Source: an uncultured Gemmatimonadales bacterium
GTDB taxonomy: Bacteria > Gemmatimonadota > Gemmatimonadetes > Gemmatimonadales > GWC2-71-9
Direction: 5' to 3'
DNA: 64,000 nt
NCBI GenBank assembly: GCA_963825055.1
Contig: CAWGSK010000018.1
Coordinates: 1-64,000, forward strand
The notes beneath the pieces are model-generated. The model saw only the letters and a program-made list of their open reading frames with translations, was not told where the DNA came from and ran no database searches. Every line of letters starts with the position of its first letter. The stretch's first letter is position 1. Position numbers and translations under genes: made by a program. Below are positions 39,624-49,727 of the stretch, one piece after another.

Positions 39624-40532
39624 ATGCAGATCGGGATGATTGGGCTGGGGAGGATGGGACTCAACATGACTACCCGCCTTGTGCGGGGGGGCCACCAGGT
39701 AGTGGCATGGGACCGCGATCCCGCGGCCGTGGCACGGGCCGTGGAGGCCGGCGCGGCGGGGGTGGGGTCCCTGGAGGAGTTGACCGGTGCGCTCAAGACC
39801 CCCCGGGCCGTGTGGGTCATGGTCCCGAGCGGCGACCCGACTGAAGCGACCGTGTCGGCCCTGGCCGGGGCCCTCGGCCGCGGCGACACCGTCGTGGACG
39901 GCGGCAACAGCAATTACAAGGACAGCATGCGCCGCTCGACGACCCTCGCAGAGTCCGGCATCCATCTCGTGGATGCCGGCACCAGCGGCGGGATCTGGGG
40001 GTTGGCGGAAGGATACAGCCTCATGGTTGGCGGCGATGCCGCTGCCGTGGAGCGCCTGCGGCCGGTATTCGAGACCCTGGCGCCCGCGGCGGATCGCGGA
40101 TGGGGTCACGTCGGTCCCTCCGGCGCGGGGCACTTCGTGAAGATGGTGCACAATGGCATCGAGTACGGAATGATGCAGGCGTACGCCGAGGGGTTCGCCA
40201 TCCTCGAGCACAAGAAGGAACTCGAACTCGACCTCGCGCAGGTGGCGGACATCTGGCGCTACGGCAGCGTCGTGCGTTCCTGGCTGCTGGACCTCACCAG
40301 CCGCGCGCTGCATGAGGACGCCACGCTGGCAGAGATCGCGCCCTGGGTGTCGGACTCCGGCGAGGGGCGCTGGACGGTGGCGGAAGCGATCGACCTCGAC
40401 GTCCCGGCGCCCGTGATCAGCCTGGCCCTCATCGCGAGGCTCAGGTCCCGCGACAGCACCGCCTGGGCCGACCGACTGCTGGCGGCCATGCGCAACCAGT
40501 TCGGGGGCCACGCCATCCGGAAGGAAACGTGA
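39624..40532 (+). CDS. gnd: Decarboxylating 6-phosphogluconate dehydrogenase (short form)
   Basis: IGLGRMG, DGGNS, GTSGG, GHFVKMVHNGIEYG, DSGEGRW, RNQFGGH. Confidence 0.95.
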   Translation: MQIGMIGLGRMGLNMTTRLVRGGHQVVAWDRDPAAVARAVEAGAAGVGSLEELTGALKTPRAVWVMVPSGDPTEATVSALAGALGRGDTVVDGGNSNYKDSMRRSTTLAESGIHLVDAGTSGGIWGLAEGYSLMVGGDAAAVERLRPVFETLAPAADRGWGHVGPSGAGHFVKMVHNGIEYGMMQAYAEGFAILEHKKELELDLAQVADIWRYGSVVRSWLLDLTSRALHEDATLAEIAPWVSDSGEGRWTVAEAIDLDVPAPVISLALIARLRSRDSTAWADRLLAAMRNQFGGHAIRKET

Positions 40533-41230
40533 TCCTGCGGGTCGCGGCCGACCCCGCGGCCCTGGCGCGTGAGGTCGCCCTGGCCATGGCGGACCTCATC
40601 CGTCGCGCCGCGGCGACTTACGGTTCGAGCCGGGTCGTCCTCGCCGGCGGCAGCACACCGGCGGGCGCCTACCGCCGTCTCGCCGCGCTCGACCTGCCCT
40701 GGGAGCGCTCCACCTGGTTCTTCGGCGACGAGCGTGCCGTGCCGCCGGATGACCCGGACAGCAATGCCCGGATGGCGCGGGAGTCGCTGTTCAACCGCGT
40801 CCCGGTTCCGGCCGGGGCAATCCACATGATCGACGGCGCGGCCGGGTCGCGTGTCGCCGCGGAACGCTACGAGTCCCTCCTGCGCAACCTGCCGCCCCGG
40901 CCCGGGGGTTTCCTCTTCGATCTCGCTCTTCTCGGCCTCGGCGAGGATGGGCACACCGCCTCGCTCTTTCCCGATGATCCCGTCCTCGCGGAAACCTCGC
41001 GCCGGGCCTGCGCCGTGCTCGGGCCTGCAGGACGCCCGCCCCGCGAGCGCATCACACTGACGCCGGCCTGCCTTGCCCTGGCCGCCGAGCGCTGGTTCCT
41101 GGTGAGTGGAGAGGCCAAGCGGGAGATCCTTGCCCGCATGCGAGACTCGGGGCCGACGCCATCACTTCCGGCCACGCTCCTGGCAGCTGGCGCCACCTGG
41201 TTCGTGGACGCGGCTGCCGCGGGCCCCTGA
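40529..41230 (+). CDS. pgl: 6-phosphogluconolactonase
   Basis: LAGGSTP, FGDERAVPPDDPDSN, LGLGEDGHTASLFP, RITLT. Confidence 0.93.
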   Translation: MILRVAADPAALAREVALAMADLIRRAAATYGSSRVVLAGGSTPAGAYRRLAALDLPWERSTWFFGDERAVPPDDPDSNARMARESLFNRVPVPAGAIHMIDGAAGSRVAAERYESLLRNLPPRPGGFLFDLALLGLGEDGHTASLFPDDPVLAETSRRACAVLGPAGRPPRERITLTPACLALAAERWFLVSGEAKREILARMRDSGPTPSLPATLLAAGATWFVDAAAAGP

Positions 41231-41417
41231 CGTCGCGCACACCATCCGCTGACACACACCCGACAGTTCCTGCGTAGTGACGGCCGGTGGTACTCGTGCG
41301 ACTGGTCGGGCTTGAGGCGTCTCTCAGGTCAGAACGGGCAGGTCAGGCTGCAACGTCCCGGAACACAAGCCGGGGAATGCCGTGTGCATGCCATGACCGG
41401 ACCGAGGGAGGGACCTG

Positions 41418-42116
41418 GTGAACCGCATCCTGATCATCGACAACGATCCCACGCTGGCGGAGACGCTGCGCCACAACCTCGAGCTCGACGGCCACGAGGT
41501 CGAGGTAGAGCAGGAGGGGGCGTACGGGCTGGCGCAGGCGCGTGAGTTCCAGCCCGACCTGGTCATCGCAAACCTGCTGATCCTCGAGTCGGACGAGTAC
41601 ATCCTGCTGCAGCAGCTCCGCGCGGAACATCCCTCCCTTCCCGTGCTGATCCTGGCCTCGCGCACGGAAGAGGCCGCCCGGTTGCCCGGCTTCCGGCTGG
41701 GTACGGACGACTTCCTGCTCCGGCCCGCGAGCGTGCTCGAGGTACATGGCCGCATCGACGCACTGCTCCGCCGGACCGACACGAACGGTACGCACCATCC
41801 AGAACCAGTGATGGACACGGTCATCCGGTTCGGCTCGATCGAGGTGCACCCCCCGACGCGGACGGTGCAGCGGGACGGTGAGGCGATATCGCTGCGGCCG
41901 AAGGAATTTGACCTGCTGATCGCACTGCTCAACCACAACGGACGCATCGTGTCCCGCCTCGAGCTGCTGCGCGAGGTCTGGGGATATCGCAGTTCGATCG
42001 TGTCGCGCACCGTGGATTCACACGTCGCGGAATTGCGGCGCAAGCTGGAACGCAACCCCTCCGAGCCCGACTTCATCCTCACCGTACGCAAGGCGGGATA
42101 CCGGCTGCAGCGCTGA
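41418..42116 (+). CDS. OmpR/PhoB-family response regulator with degenerate (pseudo-)receiver
   Basis: Winged helix intact (LRPKEFDLL, SRTVDSHVAELRRKLE, TVRKAGY); receiver has DLVIANL and FLLRP in place of D and K. Confidence 0.85.
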   Translation: MNRILIIDNDPTLAETLRHNLELDGHEVEVEQEGAYGLAQAREFQPDLVIANLLILESDEYILLQQLRAEHPSLPVLILASRTEEAARLPGFRLGTDDFLLRPASVLEVHGRIDALLRRTDTNGTHHPEPVMDTVIRFGSIEVHPPTRTVQRDGEAISLRPKEFDLLIALLNHNGRIVSRLELLREVWGYRSSIVSRTVDSHVAELRRKLERNPSEPDFILTVRKAGYRLQR

Positions 42117-42369
42117 TCCGGTCGTTCTTCCCGTCTGACAGAACCCGAACAACTCCGTCAACAACCGCCCACGTCCTTGTTCGTCATCAGGGGTAATCGG
42201 CGCGACTGCCTGGAGGAGTCACCCGCGGCCCGCCCACTTCGGTGGGGGCCAAAGGGCCCGGGCCTCCACTCTCCGCCGACCCGGCTGGTCATGCCGGCCG
42301 TCCCCGCTTCGCGCCAAAGGCGTCATGCCGGCAGCGCCGAGCACCTGATGCACTATACCCGGAGGACGT

Positions 42370-45300
42370 ATGCGACCACATGCTGTGTCCGTGTTCTTGC
42401 GAGGATGGCGCCACGTTGCGCTGGCCGTGGCCGGATTCTGCCTCGCGGCGGGGACCGTCGCGGCGCAGGGCACCGGCAAGGTCGAGGGTCATGTTCGCGA
42501 CCAGGGCGGCGAGCCCATCCAGAACGCACAGGTGCGAATCGTGAACACCACCTTCGCCACCGCGACGAACGGTCAAGGCTACTACTTCTTCAACAACGTT
42601 CCCCCGGGCGAGGTCTCCATTCAGGCGGCATTCGTCGGGTACCAGAAGACCGAGGTTCGCAGTGTCCGCGTGCTGGGTGGCCAGACGCTGACCCAGGACT
42701 TCGCCCTCGAGCAGCAGACCATCACGATCGACTCGTTGGTGGTCATGGCCCGGCGGAACGATCTGGTCCCGCGTGACGCCGTGACCACGAAACAGATCAT
42801 TGACGGGCAGTACTCCGCGGCGCTTCCGGTGGACAACATCAACAGCCTGATCGCCATCCAGCCGGGCGTAAACGCGACGCCCGCCGGGGCAATCTCGATC
42901 CGTGGCGGCAGGGTGGACGAGGCCGCCGTCTATGTCGACGGCGTTCCCACAAGCCCCGGTTACCGGGGAAATGCCTTTGTCGGGTCCGGCGGGACTGCCC
43001 TCACGGTGCCGGAAAACGGCTTCATCGAGGCCTCGGTCACGACGGGTTCCTCCTCCGCGGAGGTGGGCAATGCCCAGGCGGGGATCATCAATATCGAGAC
43101 CCGGTCGGGCAGCGCCGCGTTCCGCGGCAACTTCGGGTATGAAACCGATGAGCCATTCGGGGTCAACCACAGCCAGGGCCTGAATCGCCTGCAGGGCAGC
43201 TTCAGTGGTCCCCTGCGTGAAAACCTGACGTTCTTCATGTCGGGCGTGCTGCAGGGCACCCAGTCGCCGGTGCCCGGCTTCGGTCAGGCGGATTACCCGA
43301 TCTTCGTTCAGGCGGGGATCGACACCACGGTCGCCGTACCAAACGCGACCACCACCAACGCCGATACGTCGTTCGTGGGCGTGTCCCAGTTCGCGATTTA
43401 TACCGGCAACTGTGATGCCTTCAGCGGCAGCGCCAACAGCCGGATCGCGGCTAACTATGGCGCCGGATGCCAGGGCGCCCGCCTGCCCTCGGCCGCGGCC
43501 ACCCAATACCAGCTGGCCGGCAAGCTGAACTACACCTTCGGTGCCGGGAACCGGCTGTTCCTGAGCTCCCAGCGGAGCCAGAACCAGGGCCGCAACTTCA
43601 ACTACCTCGGCCTGTACAACCCCCAGGCACTGACCGGCTTCCGCGCGGTCAACAACAACCTCACGCTGGGCTGGACCCAGAACCTGGCACGGTCCGCGGA
43701 GCGGGCGCTGGCGCTTGATGTGGCGCTCTCGTACCAGACGGACCAGACCATTGCCAGCCCGCTGACCCGGCAGAGCGAGATTGATACCCGCAATCCGTTC
43801 GGAGGGTTCATCCTGGGCGGCCTCGATTTCCAGTGGGACTTCGACAATTTCCCGGTCAATGACGAGCTGATCAACAATTTCCGGCTCAACACCCCGGGGT
43901 CCCGTCGTTCCCCGCTCGATCTCGAGAACCGGGACCAGTACGGCGTCATCGACAGCTACCGCAACAACGCGTATGGCGTCACCGGTTTCACCGAGGGCGG
44001 TTTCGCCAGTTCGAGCGGTCCTGGCGCTCGCCGGCTCTCGCTCTACAAGGAAAAGCGCTACATCGGCAAGGCCAACCTGGACTGGCAGCTCGACCGGTAC
44101 AACCGGATCAAGCTCGGCGGGCGCTTCACCCAGTACGACCTGCTCAGTTACTCACACAACCTCGTGAGCCAGGCGTTCTCGGACGCGTTCCACGAGAAGC
44201 CGGTCGCCTATGACCTCTTCGTCGAGGATCGTCTGGACCTCGGTGACGTGGTCCTGGTGGGCGGCCTGCGCTACGACTCCTATGACTCGCGGGCCAGCCG
44301 TCCGGCCGACTTCCCGCGGATCTCGTCAGCGCCCGACTTCGATCCCGCCGACCCGACCGCCGGCTGGGTACGGGACCAGAGCCACAGCTACCTGAGCCCG
44401 CACATCCAGGTCTCCTTCCCGGTGACGGAGCGCACGAATTTCCGGCTGTCTTACTCTCATGCCGTCCAGGCACCGGACTTTGGCGTGGTCCTGACGGGTA
44501 TCAACACCGACCTGGCCATCACCAACACGAACCACGTGTATGGCTCGGACCTGGACTTCGGGAAGTCCATCACCTTCGAGTTCGGCATCCGTCACGCGTT
44601 CAGCGACGACATGGTCCTGGACATCTCCGCGTACAACAAGGACAACCTGTCCAACGCGGCCGGCCGGCTCATCTCGAAGTTCGATCCGCTCTTCGGCCGC
44701 AACCAGGACATCCGCGTGATGACCACGGCCGACTTCGGCAACACGCGCGGAGTCGACGTCCGGCTCGACCGCCGGATCGGCCGGTTCTTCAACGGTGTCG
44801 TGGCCTATACGTACCAGGATGCCAAGAACACCGGCTCGAATCCATTCACGTACATCAACTTCGGCTCCCGGATCGTGAACCAGGTCTCGGGTGGCAACCA
44901 GCCGCCGCCGCAGTCGATCTTCCCGACCGCGACGAGCCGTCCCCATAGCCTCACCGGATCCTTCGCCCTGACCCTTCCGGAAGACTTCAGGGAAGGAACC
45001 ACCCTGGGTTCGATCCTGGGGAACGTCGGTATCACGGCGCTCTTCCGGTACGCGAGCGGCACGGCGTATACGCGCTGCCCGCAGGAGTCGGGGAACCAGG
45101 GTGTCCTGTCCGGGCAGGTATGCGCCCGGCAGTTCGAGGGAGACTTCTTCGGCGCCCGGACCCCGTCCACCAAGCAGCTCGACATGCGCTTCACGAAGGG
45201 CTTCGCGCTGGGCGGCCTCGACCTGACCGCGTACCTCGATGCCCGCAATATCCTCAATTTCAGGAACGTACTGGCCGTCTTCACGACGACCAACGACGTC

Positions 45301-45666
45301 GTGGATCGGGAGGAACAGATTCAGAACTGGGGGACCGACAGCACGTCCTTCAGCAATGAAGCGGCCGCCAACAGCCTCTATCAGGGCGATGGCGCCATCG
45401 ACCTTCGCTTTGGCGGGGCGGGCACCGCGGGATGCGGAATGTGGGTCACGGCCCAGGGCAGCCCGGGCGCCCCCAACTGCGTCTACCTCATTCGTGCGGA
45501 AGAGCGGTATGGGGACGGCGACCACGTCTTCAACCTGGCGGAACAGCGCCGGGCGTCCGATGCCGCCTACTTCGCCGGTGGGAGCCCCAGTGCCCCGGCC
45601 CGCGGGATCAACAACCTGACGGGTACGCCACGGCTCATGCGGCTGGGCTTCGAAGTGAACTTCTGA
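42370..45666 (+). CDS. TonB-dependent outer-membrane receptor with N-terminal CarboxypepD_reg-like domain
   Basis: Signal peptide; GKVEGHVRD..GEPI; plug QPGV...IRGGR..E....VDGV; GLRYD; C-terminal PRLMRLGFEVNF. Confidence 0.9.
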   Translation: MRPHAVSVFLRGWRHVALAVAGFCLAAGTVAAQGTGKVEGHVRDQGGEPIQNAQVRIVNTTFATATNGQGYYFFNNVPPGEVSIQAAFVGYQKTEVRSVRVLGGQTLTQDFALEQQTITIDSLVVMARRNDLVPRDAVTTKQIIDGQYSAALPVDNINSLIAIQPGVNATPAGAISIRGGRVDEAAVYVDGVPTSPGYRGNAFVGSGGTALTVPENGFIEASVTTGSSSAEVGNAQAGIINIETRSGSAAFRGNFGYETDEPFGVNHSQGLNRLQGSFSGPLRENLTFFMSGVLQGTQSPVPGFGQADYPIFVQAGIDTTVAVPNATTTNADTSFVGVSQFAIYTGNCDAFSGSANSRIAANYGAGCQGARLPSAAATQYQLAGKLNYTFGAGNRLFLSSQRSQNQGRNFNYLGLYNPQALTGFRAVNNNLTLGWTQNLARSAERALALDVALSYQTDQTIASPLTRQSEIDTRNPFGGFILGGLDFQWDFDNFPVNDELINNFRLNTPGSRRSPLDLENRDQYGVIDSYRNNAYGVTGFTEGGFASSSGPGARRLSLYKEKRYIGKANLDWQLDRYNRIKLGGRFTQYDLLSYSHNLVSQAFSDAFHEKPVAYDLFVEDRLDLGDVVLVGGLRYDSYDSRASRPADFPRISSAPDFDPADPTAGWVRDQSHSYLSPHIQVSFPVTERTNFRLSYSHAVQAPDFGVVLTGINTDLAITNTNHVYGSDLDFGKSITFEFGIRHAFSDDMVLDISAYNKDNLSNAAGRLISKFDPLFGRNQDIRVMTTADFGNTRGVDVRLDRRIGRFFNGVVAYTYQDAKNTGSNPFTYINFGSRIVNQVSGGNQPPPQSIFPTATSRPHSLTGSFALTLPEDFREGTTLGSILGNVGITALFRYASGTAYTRCPQESGNQGVLSGQVCARQFEGDFFGARTPSTKQLDMRFTKGFALGGLDLTAYLDARNILNFRNVLAVFTTTNDVVDREEQIQNWGTDSTSFSNEAAANSLYQGDGAIDLRFGGAGTAGCGMWVTAQGSPGAPNCVYLIRAEERYGDGDHVFNLAEQRRASDAAYFAGGSPSAPARGINNLTGTPRLMRLGFEVNF

Positions 45667-45737
45667 TACACGGGATACGCCGGTCGGGGCCTCGCGCTCC
45701 GGCCGGCGACCCTTTCCTGTGACCAAGCGAGGAAGCG

Positions 45738-48700
45738 ATGCATGCCATCATAGATCGAACGTCCCGGACCGGGTGGGTACCCCTGCTCCTGGCCATTCTG
45801 CTCCTGGTACCCCGGCCGGCACTGGCAGGACCGGAGCCGGGCGCCAAAAACACCCGCGGGTTCCGGCTGTTTGCCCGTGCCCTCGGGGCGCTCACGATCA
45901 ACCGTGTCTACTGCGGGCTGCAGTCGACCGGAAACGTGTGTGTGGACTCGAACGGTTCTTCCACGATCGGTGGCGGCTTCTGGCCGAAGGGTACGGCCGA
46001 CCAGTACGTCTTCAACTCCGGCCTGCAGGTGGCCGGCATCATCGGCCCTGACGGCGGCCCCTGGGCCGACGATACGACCGGCGCGTTCTTCTTTGATCCA
46101 AAGGGCACCACGGCCCACGGTGATGAAGTGGCGCCGATCTACAACACGACCAACCTGGCCGATGCGGCCTTCATCGCTGACGCGGCCACGAGCGACCCGG
46201 TGGCCCTGGCGGCCCGGGTGCCGAGCGGCGACGCGACGGCCGACATCTTCAATCCGCTCCTGCAGGGCCGGACCTCGGCCTCGCAGGGCGACGTCTGGTG
46301 GCTCACGTGGGACGGCAACCCGGGCCTGATCGCCGGCCGGCCGCACCCGCTGGGTGTCATGGTGGAACAGCGCGGCATGGGCTGGAACTACCCGGCGGGC
46401 AATGAAGACATCGTCTACTTCGTCTACACGTTCTACAACGTCACCTCGACCGACCCGTCGGTGTATGCCGCGGTCCGGCCGGGGATGCGGGACATCCTGA
46501 TCCAGAAGGCCCAGGAGTTCCAGCAGCGGAACAACAGCACCTTCGGCGTGACCCTGCCGAGCGGGGGCTACACCATCACGGACCTGTACGCCAACTTCTC
46601 GGCGGACATGGACGTGGGCAGCGCCGGCAACAACTACGCGTCGGTCAATGTCCCGTTCGGGCTGGGCTACACCTACGAGAACACCTTCAGCCGCGTGGAT
46701 GGCTGGTCCTTCGACCCGGCCATCTTCTCCAAGCCCTTCTTCTCCGGCGCCGGCTTCGTCGGCGTGAAATACCTGAAGAGCCCGGAGATCAACGGCCAGG
46801 AAGTGGGCCTGACGCTGTTCAGCAACACCACGAACGGCGGCGGCTTCTCCGATCCGCAGAACACGACACAGCTGTGGCGCTACGTCTCCGGCAACATCAA
46901 CACGGCCGCCGGCGACAACGCCTGTAACTTCGACCCGGTCAATACGAAGATCTGCTTCATTCGCGGCAGCGGTCCGTTCGACATGCGCTTCTTCCAGTCG
47001 TCCGGCCCGCTGACCCTGGGCCCGGGCGAGTTCGGCTCGGTAGTGGTGGCGTACATCTTCGCCGCCCCGGTCCAGACCGGCACCTGCCCCGGCCCCAGCT
47101 GCGACATCGCACCGGGCAACCCGACGATCATCGCGGGCCTGACCAATCCGGCCATCGTGGCGAATGGGGTCAACCCGATCGACTCGCTGACCGGCTTCCT
47201 GAGCGCCACGGACACCAGTGGTAACGGGACCCTGGAGCAGGGCGAGTTTGACGTGGTCCCGGGCTCCCTGCTCGGCAAGGCGCGGGTGGCGCAGGCCGTG
47301 TTCGACGGTGGCTTCCTGCTCCCGTTCGCTCCGGAACCGCCGGAGTTCTTCCTGGTGCCGGGCGACAACCAGGTGACGGTGCTGTGGCGCCCCTCGGTCT
47401 CCGAGACCACGGGCGACCCGTACTACCAGCTGGCCTCGGATCCGACGAATTCCCTGTATGACCCGAACTACCGCCAGTTCGACGTCGAAGGCTACCGGGT
47501 CTACCGGGGCCGGGTGGACGCGCCGAACTCGCTGACCCTGCTCGCGCAGTTCGACTACGGCGGCACGGTCATTTCGGACTACGCCGGCCAGATCAACCCG
47601 AGCCCGCTCTGCGCGCCGGAACTGGCCATCACGACCGACTGCCCCACGACGTACGATCCCATCACCCCGGGCGTGCCCCGGACGGCGCACAATGACGTGC
47701 CGCTGGTGGGACAGATCGTCCAGGTGAAGCTGGGCGAGCGGACGGCACTGGCCGACGGGACGGCGATCGTCCTGATCGCGGACACGGCGGTGACGGGCAA
47801 CAACACCGTATATCCGCAGCTGTCGGATAACGGCGTGCCGTTTGTGTACGTGGACCAGACGCCACGGAACAACTTCCGGTACTTCTACTCCGTGACGGCG
47901 TTCGACATCAACTCGTTCCAGTCCGGCCCGTCGAATCTCGAGTCGCCGCGCAACACCAAGCCGGTGACCCCGCGGCGGCCAGCCGGGAACTACGTGAGTA
48001 GCGGGACGATCACCAGCGCCAACATCGAAGGCCGTGGCGTGGTGCTCGACCCGACCCAGCCGCTCCCGACCATCGACCCAGCCACGGGGCAGTTCTCCGG
48101 GCCGTTCCCGGCGGCGAACGCCTGGACCATCGGGTTCGGTGACTTCGTGGCCAGCGTGCTGAGCACCTCCGGCAGCTTCTCCGCCACGCTCGACAGTATT
48201 CAGATCGGCTCGCCGTACGGCGGCACCCCGCACGTGTACTGGTGGACGGCGGCGGCCGGTCCCGATACCTCCATCTTCTCGATCCCGATTCTACAGCAGC
48301 AGGAATCCGGGGTGGTCTCCGGGTCGACCCAGTTCGGGACCGTGGCCGTGGACCCCTCCCTCGCGGCGCGGTACGGCGGCGGGCAGGGCTACCGGCTCCA
48401 GGGCAAGGTCAGCATGCAGTTGCCCAGTGTGGAGACCGAAACCCTGTATGGCCGCGGCTGTGTCAACAGCCAGACCACGGCCGGCCGGCCGGGTTTCACC
48501 CGCGAGGCCACGGCGTCAGGGGCCTCCAAATGTGCCTATAACGGCTCCCGGTGGTTTGACGGCCCCTCACCCGCCAATAACGAGACGAAGGTGGATCCGA
48601 ACGGGGGCAACGTCGAGAACTTCAGCGGCGATCCCTATACGGACTACAACAATGCCGGCGAGCTCTCCGGCGTGGACACCATCCACATCACCCAGGCCTA

Positions 48701-49655
48701 CCAGTCGGTGGGCGGCGGCGAGTACCGGCCGGTCGAGGGGGCGATGGGAGGTGTGCATCGAGCAGCAGACTACAACGTCTACTGGGGGAATGGCGGCACC
48801 GTGGACTCGGTGATCGACGTGACCCACAACGTGGTCGTGCCGTTCAGCCCCGATCTGGGGGGAACCTGGGGGATCCTGAACCCGGGAGACGCCCTGCCGG
48901 CGGCGGGGTCTTTCGATGGACGGGCGGAACTGACATCCACCGACATGGGGTGTGTCGAGCCCCTCCGCAGCCTGGGAACGAGCATCTCCTGCGGCGCCAG
49001 TGGACCGACGTATCAGTTGAGCCAGACGGCCGTGCCGGGCCCGATCGCGTTCTTCAGCACCGGGTTGGCGGCAGCGACGTCGGCGCCGGCGTCGAACGAA
49101 TCGGGTTTCGTCTTCTACCTGGCCGGCGACTGGTTCACGATGGCCCTGAACAGCTCCGTGCCCGCAGCCGGGACGGTCTGGTCACTCCGGCAGTACATCG
49201 GGGCGATCAACTTCGGGAACGGTTCGGCCGGCAACTACGGGCCGTACGAGTTCCAGAACGTGGAGGACGTCCTTCCCATGACGGCGGTGGGAGCGACGTT
49301 GCGGGTGAGTTATGACGTGACGAACCAGATCAACGCGCCGACGGACGCGGACCTGAGCCAGGTCCACACGGTGCCGGATCCGTACTACGTGACGAACGAG
49401 TTCGAGCAGACGACGGACACGAAGATCATCAAGTTCGTGAACCTGCCGGACAATGCGATCATCCGGATCTACTCCTCGAGCGGGGTGCTGGTGCGGCTGC
49501 TGGAGCACCACGCCGCGGCCTTCGGGGGGGCGGAGACCTGGGACGTGCGGAACCGCAACAACCAGGTGGTCGCCAGCGGGGTGTACTTCTACCACATCGA
49601 GAGTGGCAACGCCCGGCGGGTGGGCCGCTTTACGATCGTCAACTTCGCTCAGTAG
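45738..49655 (+). CDS. Large secreted protein with FN3-like module and C-terminal T9SS type-A-like (FlgD-Ig) sorting domain
   Basis: Signal peptide ending ALA; PGDNQVTVLW, EGYRVYR, YFYSVTAFD; C-terminus VPDPY...IKFVNLP...IRIYSSSGVLVR...WD.RN.....VASGVYFYHI. Confidence 0.8.
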   Translation: MHAIIDRTSRTGWVPLLLAILLLVPRPALAGPEPGAKNTRGFRLFARALGALTINRVYCGLQSTGNVCVDSNGSSTIGGGFWPKGTADQYVFNSGLQVAGIIGPDGGPWADDTTGAFFFDPKGTTAHGDEVAPIYNTTNLADAAFIADAATSDPVALAARVPSGDATADIFNPLLQGRTSASQGDVWWLTWDGNPGLIAGRPHPLGVMVEQRGMGWNYPAGNEDIVYFVYTFYNVTSTDPSVYAAVRPGMRDILIQKAQEFQQRNNSTFGVTLPSGGYTITDLYANFSADMDVGSAGNNYASVNVPFGLGYTYENTFSRVDGWSFDPAIFSKPFFSGAGFVGVKYLKSPEINGQEVGLTLFSNTTNGGGFSDPQNTTQLWRYVSGNINTAAGDNACNFDPVNTKICFIRGSGPFDMRFFQSSGPLTLGPGEFGSVVVAYIFAAPVQTGTCPGPSCDIAPGNPTIIAGLTNPAIVANGVNPIDSLTGFLSATDTSGNGTLEQGEFDVVPGSLLGKARVAQAVFDGGFLLPFAPEPPEFFLVPGDNQVTVLWRPSVSETTGDPYYQLASDPTNSLYDPNYRQFDVEGYRVYRGRVDAPNSLTLLAQFDYGGTVISDYAGQINPSPLCAPELAITTDCPTTYDPITPGVPRTAHNDVPLVGQIVQVKLGERTALADGTAIVLIADTAVTGNNTVYPQLSDNGVPFVYVDQTPRNNFRYFYSVTAFDINSFQSGPSNLESPRNTKPVTPRRPAGNYVSSGTITSANIEGRGVVLDPTQPLPTIDPATGQFSGPFPAANAWTIGFGDFVASVLSTSGSFSATLDSIQIGSPYGGTPHVYWWTAAAGPDTSIFSIPILQQQESGVVSGSTQFGTVAVDPSLAARYGGGQGYRLQGKVSMQLPSVETETLYGRGCVNSQTTAGRPGFTREATASGASKCAYNGSRWFDGPSPANNETKVDPNGGNVENFSGDPYTDYNNAGELSGVDTIHITQAYQSVGGGEYRPVEGAMGGVHRAADYNVYWGNGGTVDSVIDVTHNVVVPFSPDLGGTWGILNPGDALPAAGSFDGRAELTSTDMGCVEPLRSLGTSISCGASGPTYQLSQTAVPGPIAFFSTGLAAATSAPASNESGFVFYLAGDWFTMALNSSVPAAGTVWSLRQYIGAINFGNGSAGNYGPYEFQNVEDVLPMTAVGATLRVSYDVTNQINAPTDADLSQVHTVPDPYYVTNEFEQTTDTKIIKFVNLPDNAIIRIYSSSGVLVRLLEHHAAAFGGAETWDVRNRNNQVVASGVYFYHIESGNARRVGRFTIVNFAQ

Positions 49656-49727
49656 GCCAGGGACCAAGGGGGGCGGGGCGGCCACGGTGGTGGCCCCGTC
49701 CTCCCCATCCAGGAGAGGTGAGATTCA

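Noticed and set aside
39624..41230. gnd-pgl without zwf
   Set aside because: zwf may lie elsewhere in the genome; nothing can be concluded from one window.
41378..41394. GG-N10-GC sigma54-like motif on the - strand (TGGCATGCACACGGCA)
   Set aside because: Poor -12 element and it points antisense into pgl; likely chance.
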